From Obrimoposthia wandeli (taxonomy: Eukaryota), in contig CDROCS010000279.1 in assembly GCA_977020255.1 (NCBI GenBank), positions 62,001 through 126,000 of the forward strand: 64,000 nt of DNA, given 5' to 3'. The translations under genes were made by a program, and so were the position numbers. This document shows, piece by piece, positions 23,621 through 38,769 of this stretch (its first letter is position 1; each line of letters starts with the position of its first letter). The notes under the pieces are model-generated. The model was not told the DNA's origin. It worked only from the letters and a program-made list of their open reading frames with translations, and did not search any database.

Positions 23621-26170
23621 TGTAATGAAGTTTCTTTGATGTTCGGTAAATTACAGACAATGTATACTGTTAGAAGATCGAAGCATACATAGCATAATAA
23701 ACAGTTATTGCTGTACTGAGGATATATATATATAAAAACCACAGTTTACACAATCTATTACATCTCCCTCGTTTTTTTCTTAAATTGCTTTAACCATTCT
23801 ATATTTCTTACTTTACATCTTTCCTTTATTTTGAAAGCTCTATCATGTATTTTCTCTGTTATGACTCCACAACCCTCATAGTGATTATCATCCTTATTTC
23901 GACCATCTTTTGCTATTAATACTTCGTCACCGATATTAAAATATCGTTGTCTTCAAACCATTGAAGAACAATTTTTTTCCAAATTTTATTTCGGCTGAAC
24001 TCATGTTTGTTGTTGCTTGTATAGTAATATTCTGAAAGAACGTAAGCTGTATATTTTGAGCATTTATTTCTCATTGTTAAATTTAATGAATCTTTGAATG
24101 TCCGAAATTGTCTTTCAATTTGTCCGTTATTTGAATGATGATATGAGATTGAAAATAGTAATATAATTTTAAATTTATTTTCTAGCACTTTCAAAAAATT
24201 TGATTCAAATGATTTCCCACGATCACAATGTATTTCTTTTTGGAGATCAAATTTTAGAATCCAATTGTTCATCATTTCTGTTGCTGTTGTTTTTTCGCTT
24301 TGACCAGCTACAGCGTTCAGTACTATGTACTTACTAAATTGATCAATTATAACAATTATATTATTTCCCCATTGTATGTTGTTTTCAATGGCCCACAAAA
24401 ATCTATAATTACACTACTAAAAAGACTGTAATCCGAATTTTCTTTATTTGATTCTTTTGTTCTTGTTGTCACTACTTTTCGTTTCTGACAATTTTCACAA
24501 CTTAGATCTATATTTTTAATAAATTTTTATCTTTCGACGAAGTCAAATCAATGAAAAATGTATTCATTTACTTTTCTCCAACCTGCATGACATAAAGTTT
24601 TGTGAACATGTAACTCTTTTATAATTTCTATTGGTATCCATACTTTACCATTGCCATTAAAATGTTATTGATAATTTTATAATCATATTCTATCTCATTA
24701 TTTACTTTTAATTTTCTTATCTCTTCGGAATTACTGTACAATTCTATACCAATATCTTTGATATCAAGTATAAAACTTTTGTTTTCAGATTCCCTGTTTT
24801 TGGATTTTCATGATTAGTTTTGCATTGAACACAAGTTCCACATTTACTTCTGGAAAGTGCATCAGCATTTGAGTGGTTTTCGCCTTTTCTGTACTCTAAA
24901 ACCATATCACGGCTACTCAGATGATTGCACCACGTTTGGAATTGAGGTGTTATTGGCTTTTTAGTTTTAAGCATGAAAGTTATAGCTTTTTGATCAGTTC
25001 GAAGACGAAATCTTTTGTCATAGAGATAGCGTTTGAAATAAACTGTAAAATGCACAATGGCCAGCATTTCTTTTCTTGTAATACAGTAACCTATTTCATG
25101 AGGATTCATAGCCTTTGACCCATATGATATTACTCTTTCATGACCCAAATCATCTACTTGAGATAATACTGCACCAATTCCATCAAAATTGGCATCGGTG
25201 CCTACTAAAAATTATAGCTTAAAATCTGAATAAACCAAAATTAGTGCTTCTATTAATTTTCTTTTTTAAAGTTTGAAATAAGTTCTCACATGTTTCATTC
25301 CAAAAACGTTTTTTCTCATTGCTACTTTATATTTTCTCTAATGGTCTCGCATATTCAATATAGATATTAATAAATCTTGTATAATAATTGGTAAGACCCA
25401 GGAAACTCCGTAGCTTCTTCACACATTTACGTCGTTCAAATGTTTTAATATCTTCAATTTTAGTCGGATCTGTTTGTATAACTTTCAGAGCGTGCATATG
25501 GGTATGTCTGAATGTCATGTTATACAATAGCCGGATGCGAATGAATAGTCCAGTAGCGGGATGTTTGTGACGTAACGCAGTCGAGTGTATGAACAAATCC
25601 GATTTTGATGAATATAAAATAGAAAAATGTACAAGTCTTTTTAATTATTTGTGAGCAACCAATCCATTTAGTAATGTCCTAAGCCATACAACCAAACTGC
25701 CACCTCCCCAGATTTTGGTTTGCATATATTTCATTTTTAGCTTCCAAATTCTAAGTAGATACTTTTTCATTTGTGAAAATTATTTTGTTCCAATTGTGCC
25801 TTTCATGTATCTTCTTTTGAACTGATTTAATTCGTTCATCTCCTGTTTGATAAAGCAGTAATTTCCTTCTCTATTCCTTTATATTTTAACAATAATTTAT
25901 TGGATAATAACCGCTTAACAGTTTGGTGTGGACTATTGAGCTTACAATTTCTATTTAATTTACGGATACATAATTCCTCATCTTTCCCTTTGAGAAACGC
26001 TAATTGGTTGCTTAACCGTCAGAAGATTCCTTTGTGTTATTTTTTCTTTACAACCTCATGTCGGCTTTGTTTTCTTAAATGTTTGACATTCATTTTGGAT
26101 TTGTTTCTTGTGATGCAACAAGCCATTTTTATTGCCCCTATATAATTCTATTAAATGCATCCAAATGACT
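23621..26170 (-). mobile_element. Degenerate Ty3/gypsy LTR retrotransposon (gag remnant, end of RT, RNase H, integrase, PPT, 142-bp 3' LTR)
   Basis: LRSFLGLTNYYTRFI (RT thumb); ISYGSKAM...RKEMLAIV...RFRLRTDQKA...YRKGENHSNADALSR (RNase H); IIDQFSKY...IHCDRGKSF...YHHSNNGQIER (integrase). PPT AAAAAACGAGGGAGA is followed by LTR 23762-23621 bounded by TGTAAT...ATTACA. The 5' LTR was not found. Confidence 0.85.
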
Positions 26171-26474
26171 CTTTCTTCAACTGCTTATTGTGACCAATTT
26201 AGGTAGCTAAAAGAATTGGTAGTAACAATTTCAATCTTAAAAGAATTTCTTTCATATAATTCTAAAATTATATAATATTTTTTAATTAGTAAATATCAGT
26301 TCTTGTTAAAATTCCATTTAAATGTATGAAGTAAAAATAAACTGTTCCCAAGTTATTACTAGAAAATCAGAAAACTACTAATGCAAATCTGGTTAAAGTT
26401 AAACTTACAAAACAATGAAATGAAAGAAATAGTCGCTAAAAATCGCTAAACTTTCTTCTTTCAAGTAACACTGA

Positions 26475-26525
26475 ATTTACCAAAGCAGTCTTTTTCAAGA
26501 ATCTGACTTTGTATTTGAAATATTG
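26475..26525 (-). pseudogene. Short scrap of Maverick ORF158
   Basis: TTTACCAAAGCAGTC...TTCAAGAATCTGACTTTGTATTTGAAATATTG matches 56853-56910 and 62397-62452. Confidence 0.6.
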
Positions 26526-27142
26526 CTTGAAACTTTAACTGGAACATATTTTGAAAAATTGGACACTTAGGAATTTGATAATAACATTTATTCTTAGGAA
26601 AGAAATCAACAGTAAGTAGAAATGATCACATAAGAAAGAAATAAAAGAATATAATTGTTATAATAGACAATAACTTTCAAATTGGATGTAAGAAAATTTA
26701 TATTTTTCTTCAAATGACTTTCGTTGAAGCAAAATATCCGTTATGGTGCATGGATATTTGAGGAATTGATTGCAACAATAACTACAAATGTAAGGAAATG
26801 TCTCCTTTTGTCTGGGTCTCTTCCTTCCACCTGTCAGGAAATATCTTTGCATTCTAACAGTTATTCTAATACAATGAATTACTAATAATAGTATGACATT
26901 TGAAAATGTTACGCTCTGGAATCTGCATAAACCAAATATATATTACGTGAACTAAGGTTATTTTTTGTTAAGATTAAAATTTATAAAAAAGGAAAAATTA
27001 TAGATAAAATAATTAATTTAAAATTAGCAAAAATATAATTTTAAAAAAAAATTCATCCGCATAATGTACAAGGTTGTTGGATAATTGACATCAGTTTAAA
27101 AATATAAATACAAGATAAATACAAACTTATTAAAACAATAAA

Positions 27143-27432
27143 TGATCAAAATAAAACCCTCTGATTCCATACATTTTTACAAGATTTACAAGAGAAAAAG
27201 TCTTGATTTCTATACTCGAAGAATTTGCGTGCCTTGACTTTATACTTTCAATATTATTAAATTTCTTCCAATCCAGCAATGACGATAAATGCTTGAAAAT
27301 TTAAAAATCGTCTGGAGCCGGGTCTGGTGAGTATGGAGGATTTGGAAGGACTTCATATTTCAAGTTACTTCATTTTTCCTGCTTTCAAATCCAAACATTT
27401 GATCTGACATTACCTTGGAGCAAAATGAGTCT
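27143..27432 (-). pseudogene. mariner transposase C-terminal relic
   Basis: LILLQGNVRS ... YEVLPNPPYSPDPAPDDF*IFKHL ... CMESEGFYFD (cf. LLHDNARPH, HPPYSPDLAPSD). Confidence 0.75.
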
Positions 27433-27599
27433 TTTTTGAGACTTTTTTGGATGGTTATTACATTTGAATATACAAACTAAAAAATATAAAATACACTGAT
27501 TTTTGTTGTTGGTATTTCTGTTATTCGTGAGCATATATAAATATCTATCAGAAATATTTTCATATTTTTAAATGAAATGAAAATTTTGACGGAATTTTG

Positions 27600-28200
27600 A
27601 TATTTAATTAATGTTCAAAGTTTTGAATCTTGCTCCACAATTCGTCTTTCGTTTCATATTGGCGGTGTTCGTACACTTCATCTTTCATGATCTTCCATAA
27701 ATTCTTAAGAATGTTGAGATCAGCACTGAATGACCTCTACTTGATTATCTCCAAACATTTCCTTAATCGTACCTCATACACGAGTCCTTTTCTTATCCAT
27801 TGATGCATTATTGGGGCTCTAAACCATCTTAGAAGCTCTGGTAATGTCTTCATTGAAAAGTGTTTATACGTTTCCACATTTAGAGTGCTAATAATTTTAC
27901 GAAATAAACTATTATCCAACGAGTTGACGGCAGCATGTATATACCATAATTGACTCCCCATAAAACTATCTGTCATCTTCCCATGAAGCTTTTGAAGCTT
28001 CTTTATTGACAATTTTAATTTAACTTTTTTCGAAGTCCTCTTCTTTTGTCTTTCTTAGATTTTGATTTAGCTGTGATTTGAGTGATCAAACGTCTGGTGA
28101 AAAGCCAAGCTTTCTACAGAGACTATTATGCTTCTCAATATTTTTGATCTTATATTGTAGAATGCGCTAAACGTAATTCTTGTGAAATTGTAGAGATTTG
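27600..28200 (-). pseudogene. Tc1-like transposase relic
   Basis: FRAPIMH ... SADLNILKNLWKIMKDEVYEHRQYETKDELW (cf. FQQDNAP.H, SPDLNPIENLW). Confidence 0.6.
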
Positions 28201-31200
28201 TCTTTCTAGAGATTCATCTTTCTATAATATATACTGTAAAAATAGCAAATATCAAAATTACTCAGTAATATATATTTTCTATTGATTCAATATTTATTAA
28301 AATTTGACATTGATTGCACAAATTATGAGATTTGTAATTTCTTAATTAATCTATAATTTTAAAATGAAAATAATCTAAATATTTGTCTGTTTTTTAAAAA
28401 ATTGTTTGACTTTCAAAATATATTTTTGTCAAAATTTTCACGTTCTTGACATTTATACGGTTTAATTGGCTGTTGTCACCAAATTCTACAGTTTCATTTT
28501 TCTGCACTTCTAAAGCTAAAAATCGAGAGTTTCGTAACCCTTAAAACCAATGTTTATTGGTAAACATTGTCTCGCGTAGAGAAAAAACATCAGTATGACA
28601 AAATTATATAAAATAAAGCTAAGAAGTACTTTGTAAAAATATTCAATTTTATTACATTTGTTTGATGAACAATTTTGTTATTTACAATTTAAAGTGAAAA
28701 TTAAGATAAACGTAAACAACAAACGGATTATTTCCCGCCAGTACCAGACAATTGGTGTTCGAATTAGGATTATCTGATGATACAAGTATTCTAAACAAAC
28801 AGATAAGCATTATTTATTCAAAATAAAAGAATTTGTCTCAAGATTATGATTTTTTAAATGCCCATAATTTCATTTTGACTAATTTTCACACATAAAATAA
28901 TTAGATAAAATTGATTAAAACCTAATAAAGCATTAAAACATTATTTTCGATGTAATTTCCGTCTGTTTTTAATTGTCTAATGACTATTTGTTTCCTTTTG
29001 ATTCTTATATCCGTAAAAAGACTGACTACTTAAAATTGTTCTCCATCAAAATCGAATGATAACTTTTAAAATATATATGAGAAGAGGGTAAATCCAGTAG
29101 AGTAAGTAATTCCAGACCCATTTAAATGTTTTTTCTTTATCTGCTTTACGTTGCTAGATAACAGTATTAATAGTATAAAAATGGCCCACACTCAAAACTG
29201 ATTTGAGAAATAAAAATACAAGTATTCTCAAAGAAGAAAGGTATTGTATTATTAAATGATTTAAACGGTGCAAACTTTCAAATAAACATCAATATAAAAA
29301 GCTTGTAGGGGTAATTTCGGCCGCGTGGCTGGATTCACTCGATCATATTAAATGTATATTAATTGTATTTCAATAGTGCTTGTTTCTTTGTAAATAAAAA
29401 AATTAATGTATACTAGCTTATTATTTTGCTTCAAAATTCGGTTTAAAAATATGTTTCTATTTGGAAAATTTTTAATTATTTTGTCTTTCTTTGACTAAAA
29501 TATCTCATTAATTTGTAAAATTATTGCATCGGAGGTGGATACTAGAGATATTTATATGGCAAATTATATTTCGGGTACAGATTATAAAATGGTGACGTCT
29601 AAGAACCTTTATTAATAAGTCAGGGTCATTAAAGCGACAAACTGAAATAATCGGTGCTCATTTGCAACAATGGAATCAATTATAAATCAGTACAAGCATT
29701 TAATATTTTCATCACAAATCGTTCTTGGTAATTAATTGTTATAACTAAATATACTGTTTCATATTTGTCGTTATTTTCCTGGAATTCGGTTTGTATTTAA
29801 TAATTTTTCTTTAGAATTCCTATTAAAGAAAGGATATTTTCGATAAAAATTTAATATATTTATAAGAAAAAAAAATTGAAAAGCGACAAAATTATTTATA
29901 TTGGAGTTATTTATGTTATTTCTTTAGAGATTTATTCAAAAATAAAACATGTTTTATAATATCGAGTGTTTAATTTACTAAGTAATTTATGGCTACCAGA
30001 ATTCAACGTTCTTCTATATTTTTAGAGCAGTTTACTTTTCTTAGTCAATTTATTACACCTTTTCTCACATTATTCACAATTTTTAAATGTCAATATTGGA
30101 TCCAAAAACATAAGTTTTATTTCCAAGTCTCACATATTAATGTTTACATTTGAACAGTTAGAAATATACCATAGGGTAAATATTTAATAAGAAGACGATA
30201 TTTTGCTGTCTGGTATTTTTCTTCTAGGATATAAATATCAGATGTAATGCCGTGGTATTATGAATTTCTTAGACAAATTGACAAATCCGTCAGTAAAAAG
30301 CCATTTTGAAATGAAATCGATGAATGAAATCAATTATAATCAAATATAATTTATATTCATACTTATCTCAATATTTTGATTGAATATGAAATGCTGTTGT
30401 TTCTGATTTGCATAAAATAAAATTCTTTACGCAACTGGGGTTATTTTTACAACATTATTACTTTGCCCGAGAATAAAAGTATAAAATTAAAATGCAAAAT
30501 TTATTTTAATTTATGTGCATTGGTCTACAAGGGTCACAAAGCCGAAGTTGAGTTTTAAAGGAGGAATGTACTTGTCAAATGTACGAATATGATATGAAGG
30601 AAAAACTGTAAAAATGAAAGTGACTCACGAAAATCAAATTATCACTCGGCGGAGAGCCAGATAAACATAGTCAGGTTGATTCACCCCCTCGACCATGAGG
30701 GTAACCTTGCCGGGAGGGTGTGGACCTAATCGATATAGGAGAGAGGCAACACTGTACAGTAAAGCAACAACAATCAACCACTGATTTGATTAATTTGTTG
30801 ATTCTTAGATTTGCGGAATTGATTTTCTCTGACGAATATTTGGTTGCACATTCACTGACAACTTTTCTTTCACATCACCGGACTTGTTCCCGAAAAAGAG
30901 CTCGATTATCGCCTTGTTTGCCGGTTGACTTTCTGATGTTCCATTTGTTTTTAATCTCGTTTATACCTTATTTAGAAGACAAAAAGTACATTTTAATGGA
31001 GATATTGCCGTAATCTTCCTAATACAGCAATACACAGATAGAATAGTTCACTTTTAAAATGTTTATATCTATATATAAATAGCATGGTGGCTTTTTAGGA
31101 GAAGTCACTTTTTTAATTAAAGATTTTTTTAACTTCACGTCTATTTCTAAATGTCTTTTGTACTATGTTAGCCGCAATTGGACTATTCATACTAATCGTT

Positions 31201-31539
31201 TCCATTAATTCAAAGACTTTACAAAATTCAAAATTTTATTTTATTTACAATATTTAAACAAATTTTGAGAAACTTCCACTTTGTATATTGTAGCCCACAT
31301 CCATTATAATATCTAATTCAAATGTCGTGTGAATAATGTTTATATATTTAAATTTTATTTATCAAACACTACATTCTTCTCAACCTCCTTACATACTATA
31401 AAGACTAAATATGTCAGAAATAAAAAAGGAAATCAATTTTTGAAATCCAGCAAAAATATTTATTATGAAAATTGGTTTGTAGAAGTTAATCAAAACGTAT
31501 AAGTTACACATGCTAAAGTCCATTATGAATGTCCATTAG

Positions 31540-32570
31540 GGTGCATCAAACGCCCCAATGTTCTCAGATAAACTTACTTGTTTGTGAAAATGTTACACAT
31601 GATATATAAACACTATCTGTCTAAAATAAAACGATTTTGATGATATGCCTGGGTACCCACCTTTTGGATTTGTCATGTTACCCCCTATCGACTGTTCTGA
31701 AACTCTCTTCGAATAAGATTTGTTGATGTAGCTTAGTCTATGTGAACCTTGGAAGATTGTTACTGCCACACATGGGTAGGACAGACGTTTTGCCAAATAT
31801 TGAAGTTTATTTTGTGCAAATTGGTTGAAAATTAGTGAAATAATGGCAAAGATCACCCCGATTTTCCCAGGAAAGTGCCATTTTTACTGTATTTATTAAA
31901 TAAATTTACCATGCTAATAACATACCGCATGCTCTAGGGCAATCTATGGCTAGATGATGGCATATATATTTGCCATACATGAGAATAATGTTGAATAACT
32001 GTTATAAAAAGACAATTACAAATTGGATCCATTAAATTGTCCAAGAAATGAATAGAGCCACATAGGAAGGATTGAAGGTAGATACAATGTCATACATGTA
32101 GATCTAACTGACCTGCACTTGCTTCCGAGAGAGATATCTATACAGAGAGTGGACATCCAATGTACAATATTTCCAGTGTCATCACGGAACCATTCCTGTA
32201 TCAAATCACTAATGACTTCGTTCTTTGTTGTAATCGTCTTTACAGATAATAGCATACGATAAACCCTATACAATGTCGATTGTGCTTAGATCTGGCGATA
32301 TTATTTGAGACCAAGAAATTTGTAACAAGCCTTTCCTTGGCGAGCATGAAAGCGCCCCTTTCTCCCGGTTCAAACCATTCACGCACCAATTTTATTAATT
32401 CGCTTTCGTCACTAAAACATACCTTTCTCCCGTCATGCATGGTCCAATGAGCATGAGCCGTGGCAAATGTCAGGCACTTCAATCTCATTGCTGAAGTCAG
32501 CCTCGGGACCCTCGTGGTTTGACTGATTTGACCCCCACCATCTAACAGTTCGATCGGAGACTTCATTTCC
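31540..32570 (-). pseudogene. Tc1-like transposase relic
   Basis: RVPRLTSAMRLKCLTFATAHAHWTMHDGRKVCFSDES at the 5' end; IFQG.HR and ENIGAF-like remnants downstream. Confidence 0.65.
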
Positions 32571-34789
32571 AATATGAGAAGAAGTTAACCCTTCGTTTAC
32601 TTTGCTGTCATGAGAAGTTACCCTTGCATCGTTCTCAATAAATATCTGTCACCTTGTACAGATTTTGTTCTCTTTGATATTCAATTCTACTTTTCAAACG
32701 ATTAATCGATTTTCATAATTCTCCTTTTTTATTGACAATAAAATATGTCCACAAATTACAAAATAAAGTTTGTTAAATAGAGTATGTTAAAATTATTCAA
32801 ATCGGTGTATATGTTTGGCAGATTGACCCAGCTGACTTATCCTATCTCCATTTTTTTGGAGTTTTCCCCTGCATACGGCTTGATCTGTTATGTAGTAACT
32901 CTTAACAGCACCCAAATTGAAGGTTGCTTGACTCCTTCAAACTTCTTTTTCAGCTGCGAATGCCGACTATCCAGGCAGCAAACGATATTTAAGTCTGGTA
33001 ACCAAACTTGAAGTAATCATCAGAATATTGCAGCATTTTATATTTCGCTATGTACGGGGCTTACTTTTCTTTTAGCCATATCCATTGTACAAACAAATGA
33101 GAGACTGAAAAAGGAAACAAATATTATCAGAATTTTGTCAATTAAAGTTATTGTTAACATTATATTCAACAGGTATGAATGAAGAAAAAGTTGGTAAATA
33201 AATATTCATTGCAGAGGTCTTAGAAAATTCTTCTTATCACAAATGTGGAACAGATCGTGAAATGTGGTGATTTAAAGTATAAGTGATATGCTACTTACTT
33301 TTTTTAATCATTTTCAAATAGAGAGCTTGCTTTTTAGAGTTTCGTGACGGTTAAATTATTAATTTACAATTAAATAAAATTTATTTCTATTTATGCTTCT
33401 TGGAATTTTCTTTTTATTATTGCCCAAGTTTGGGAAATATCGGGAACTCCAAAATCAGCGAAACAATATCAATTTCTGGTGGCATTAATTTCCATAAATT
33501 TACTTCATAAAATCTTACTGCATAATGAATTTCCCATTGTCCATTATTTCTGTTCTAAACAAATTTATATAAGAAAATCAATCTAAGTAGCACTAAGCTC
33601 CAATTTATTTTCAGATTATCACTGTAATTTAAGTCATTGCTACAGAAGATAACTTATCAAATGTTTTCAAGACCCTACCCTTTTATTTGTCAACCGCTTT
33701 TATATATGTTTGAGTTTTTACATATAAAAATATAATTGAACAATATCGGATAAGACATGAAGAAGAAAAAAATTTAGATGGCCCCGGAATACAAGATCAC
33801 GCGTTTATCAAACAATAATTTACATAATTATATACCCATATTTTTTGTATTTAATATTGTTCAATTATGATGAAACGTTTTGTGATCTTCAGAAAAAACC
33901 TTCAAAATACAATATAATTTTAAATACATGTGAAAAAAGAAGATACTTTAAATAGAAACATAAACCGTTAACGAATCATTTTAAATTGATAAACAATAAT
34001 GTTTTTAATTTATTTTGTTTGTTTATTCGAGTTATTTGTAATCCAAATTTATGATGTCTAAGCATCAATTAAATGAAAAGTAAATTCTAAAAGCTTTCAA
34101 CTTATTCAGACTGGATGCCATTAGTGATTATTATATAGTTTTGGCAAACATTTCGGTACTATAGATTACTCCCAACTGTAACCTGTCACTTTCCTGCATT
34201 TCTATTAGCTATATTAATTTCTATTATCTATTCGAATATTGTTAATTCGACAAAGTATTATTCGGCTTTAAGTGTGGCAATGATTAAAAAATAAACGTTA
34301 GTCAAATAAATATATACAACCAGTATAAAGCAATTTAGATGACTTATTTCTTGAATTGCACAATTTCTCGCACATTTTGCTGACATGCTTGTTGTGCTGC
34401 ATTGTGACTTGTTCCGATCTTCCAAAGCTGATCCTCGGAATTGTAAACGGTTTCATCGTAAATTTTACCTTTCGAAATGCCCGATAATTGTTCGATAGGT
34501 TTAATATGAGCACTGAACGAGATTCCATGATTAACAAAATAAGCTCGTTTATTTATTGACCTTGCATTTTTTGCTGATAATTAATTAATAATTGTAAAAG
34601 ACAACAATCCATCATCTTACAGTATTTGGAGCGATCTACAAAACCATTTATAGTATCATAAATAAAATTTCCCTCGTGTGTTAGCCTCCCAAGTTCCACC
34701 TTTGTTCAATCCCATATTTCAAACTATATCATCCTTATCTATGTAACTGTGTCAACTTTCACCACCATCTAGACTAAATGGTACCTTAT

Positions 34790-34846
34790 CACAGGACAGT
34801 GGTACCCCGGGGGAGGGGTTGATTAGACCGGACATATCCACTCACT
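34790..34846 (-). repeat. Solo Maverick TIR end
   Basis: GGACAGTGG...GGGAGGGGTTGATTAGACCGGACATATCCACTCACT; the reverse complement starts AGTGAGTGGATATGTCCGGTCTAATC. No matching TSD with copy D (ATGAAC vs CCAAAC). Confidence 0.75.
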
Positions 34847-36493
34847 ATGAACAGTCGAAATGAACAATGCCAAGAGCTTCGAAACAATTGATAATTATAT
34901 CAACCTCAGTAATTTTTGAAGATGTATTAATCTACTTAACTTAGCATCATAGTGACTTCACTTAGTAGACTTTCTTTCATAAATATTAATGTGAATCCCT
35001 TAGCAACTTAATATTTCAACATTATAACAATGTATAGATTTACTTATTTATATTTTTATAATAGTTTTGGGATCTAATATTTGTACGTTGTTCCTGTGGA
35101 TTATTTTTAGAGTATTTTGCAAATATGAAGAAGATTTGTGGTTTTCGATTCGTTATCTTTCTTTGATAAGCATGATTATTCAATGGACATTAAGGAATAA
35201 ATACTAAGACTCTTCGTGAAAAACGTATAGAGGAAATTATTATATTTTGAAAGTTTTGCCTCAGTTTTAAATTTTATTTGAACTAAATTGCTCGGTTTGT
35301 AAAGTAACGAACACTGTTTATCGTGAAACCAGTCTATAATGAAAAGAGAACGCGGTTTAAAGCTAATTTGTATGGTAAAATTAAATATATATATGAATCA
35401 CAAATGGGTTGTATGTTCGTATTGTATCGGTTATTTGATGACTTTCAACATTGTTTGCTAATTGTAAAATATAACAATCTGGGTTTGACTGAAAGTAAGT
35501 TAAGATCCTCTCCAACTTGTCGGTAGCCAGGGCTTTTACTCGATCAGGTATGATATACACATAGTGACTAATTAAATGAGTATTACATACTTTTTTATTT
35601 ATTTTTTACAATTTAAAATTTCGCCATGTTGAATTTTGGAATTTTGCTTAAATATTTATGAACATTTGAATTTTTAAAAATAAATTTTAGATTTTTTTAA
35701 TTGAAAATATTCCTTTATTTTAAAAAATTCTGAGTTTTTCATGTACAAAGATTTCTGAAACTGACGTGGTTTGATACTAAAATTAATTTATAAATATTTT
35801 TGGAACCATTGAATCAACCAATAAACCTCTTCTAATTGATTTTAGTGTATTTTTTCTATAAAATAGTATTAACTACTATTTTCTATTAAATTAATACTTT
35901 ATTACAATAAATACTTCTGATGTTTATTATAACTTAAATTTTTAAATATTTAATTTTTTATTCTTATTTGTATCTGCAAAAAAATTATGTATTGTAAAAT
36001 TTGTAAAATATAAAAAAATAACCAATAAAGATGTTAATTCATTATTTAAAGGTAAATTAAAAATTGTAAGTTGAATATTAAAATTCTTACTTCAAAAATT
36101 GTAAATTCATTAATAAAATTAAAAATAACGTTTGTTTAAAATTTGCCTTTAAACACACTTTAAAATTAAAAAAAATCAAATTGCAACATGATGTAACTCA
36201 TTTACATCAGGCGACCTTACATATATGCGGTTGCCAACGTAACACATTATGTAATAATATACACATGTACGTGATGTAGCGTAGAAACCGGGGATTTCAT
36301 AATAATACACGCCTACACGAGGTCACACACATGGGGTACCATTACTTTGGGCCAGAAGTCCCACATACATTTACTCAGTAAAATGAAGAGCAATGGCTCT
36401 GTTCTCGGTTAAAGATTACAATGAATTGTCAAATTAATATAATGATAAGAAGTTGCAAAAATTATATCAAAATACAATTTTCTACTGACAACT

Positions 36494-36685
36494 ACGCATG
36501 CGATTATTACAACAAGCCTTGATTTTCAAACCCATTTACCGTTTAATATTATAGATATTCAATTATCTCGCTTTCAAAATATTTAAACAAAGCCGACAGA
36601 ATATATTCAAATTTTTAAAAAAGTGCTGGTACAAGTGGCCATTTAATGAAGCTCCATTGGCTGCTGATCAATGCCAGAATTTAAA
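36494..36685 (+). mobile_element. L2/CR1-type LINE 3' fragment
   Basis: HAIITTSLDF ... LMKLHWLLINARI. Confidence 0.65.
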
Positions 36686-38769
36686 TCAGCACCCTACGTA
36701 TTATCACAAATGTATTCTCTCAAAACAAAGCTTAAATATTTATATGGTCTTTTCGAGCCTGGTTCAGTGAGCATGTTTAAGCATCTTAGGAACATCTTAT
36801 TTACCGATGAATATAGAAACTGCGACAATGTTGAAACATGCAAGAAGCAACCGAAGACTTTAGTACTAAAAATAATAGAAAATCGGATGTGATTTTGAGT
36901 AATGATTCTTAATTTAATATTTTAGTGTTATTGTTATAATCATTGCCGTATTTAACTTTAGTAACAATTTCCTCATTTTGTACTGAAGATTGACCATTTC
37001 TTGGTGTTTCAGAGAATTGCTTTCTTGAACCACTTTTCATGAACATCATAATTATGGATTTTTTATTTCAGTATATACAAAATGTGGTGCAGATATTGAA
37101 TGTTTCGTTTTGCAAACATAATTAAATTATTTATGACCTTCAAATATTGATTTCAAAAACTTTAAATGTGTTTAATTAATTATTAATTTATCGACTCGAT
37201 GAAACAATGGTGTCAGTTAAAATTCCTACTCATGTTAATATTAAATCGCAACACACTCCCAGTGTAATGTAAGGAATAATCTTCAATTGGTTTACATTAT
37301 ATGGATATCAGAATCAGTTTACGATTGGCAGTGGAAGTTCCAGTGAAATCCAGCTTCCAAACTCGAACTTCACAGGCTGATTCTGTTTCCGTGACTCGAG
37401 ATGAATGAGTTTCAGCAGCCACCCAAATTGCGGTCTTCTGTCAATATTTGCCAATAGATGAGCCAGCAAATTGGTTACCAATCTGATCTGCACTCCCGTG
37501 ATTGGGGTCTCTGTGACCCCTCCGGCACGGACCGTATTTCCCTCTAAGCTAGACTGGCTTGAGCTGAGCTGATTTTCCGCTTCTGGTTGGCGCCGGATAA
37601 TTAATAAAGCAAACAAATCTATTAGAGTTCACTTATATGACTGCTCAAGGTCAGTTTAGACATACACCAGTTTCTAAATAGGTTACATTTAATTCAAGCA
37701 AATTCCCATTGTAACTTTTTCCTTTTCTAAATAAAGATATCAGTCGTGAAATTTGGAGCATCAGCTGAAATCTGATCAATTAATAACCATTTAATACTGC
37801 TCGTCATACAAATTCGTTTTTGCTATAACAATTTGATAAAAGAAGTATAATAAAAATAATAATTATTAAAAAAATGCAGAATTTTGTATAAAACTTATTT
37901 CTTTATTTCAATTATATTATAAAAAATTCGTTGTTTTAATAATGCCAACTTACAAAGAAAGACTTTCAACTTGGACGTTAGGAATTGAATGAAATTTTGC
38001 ATATAAGTTATACTCTCTTAGGACCTTAATATGCGAGCTCAAAATAAGTATATCTATTCACAAAAGAAAGAGCAACATGCTATATTTATTATTTTGTAAA
38101 AAGTCACTTGTAGTGTTATGATAATCCGATATTTGTAGAAAAAATAAATAAATCTTATTTTAAAATTAAAATTACTTTGTTTTAAATTTACTCTATGACA
38201 AAATTTTGTAAAAATCTACTGTTTAGCGGCTCTTTAAAATTGTTAATAACTCTCAACAAGTAGGTATTAAATTATTATTCTACCTTTTTATATTATTAAT
38301 GCATGAAATTTCTATAGAAAAAAAAGTTGTATTGTCCTCTATCTTACCTAAGAAGCAAGCTTTCAAAATGCTTAAAAAATTCTATAGGATACGTACAAAA
38401 ATCTTTTAAGAAGCTTGAATAAATCAAAAACTGAAAGGGGTCAAAATAGTCGTATAAAACAAAAAGAAAATAATTATAAAGTTAAGGATGAAATAAGTGA
38501 TGATAGTAATTTATCTAAACGTACGAAATTTAGAATTCTGGGCAGCAAAACCTAGCACATGTTACTGAATATAACCCTTTTGTAAATAGTAAAACGAAAA
38601 ATAAAATTTAACATATTGTTATAAAATATATTCAAATAAAATTGAAATTTAGAAGGAAATTTGTTGTGATGAATCAATGATAAAAAATTATCATTAAAAG
38701 CTTTCCTGGCTTGTGTTAATACTGATGCATGTCAAAATATACTCGATAATAAAACTGGTATGTTACGTT

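Noticed and set aside
10547-34846. TIR at 10547 and solo TIR at 34846 as ends of one 24-kb Maverick
   Set aside because: Flanking hexamers differ (CCAAAC vs ATGAAC) and two host GPCR exons lie between them.
37314-37616. GC-richer 100-aa ORF as a host exon
   Set aside because: No recognisable domain or splice context; likely a TE fragment I cannot classify.
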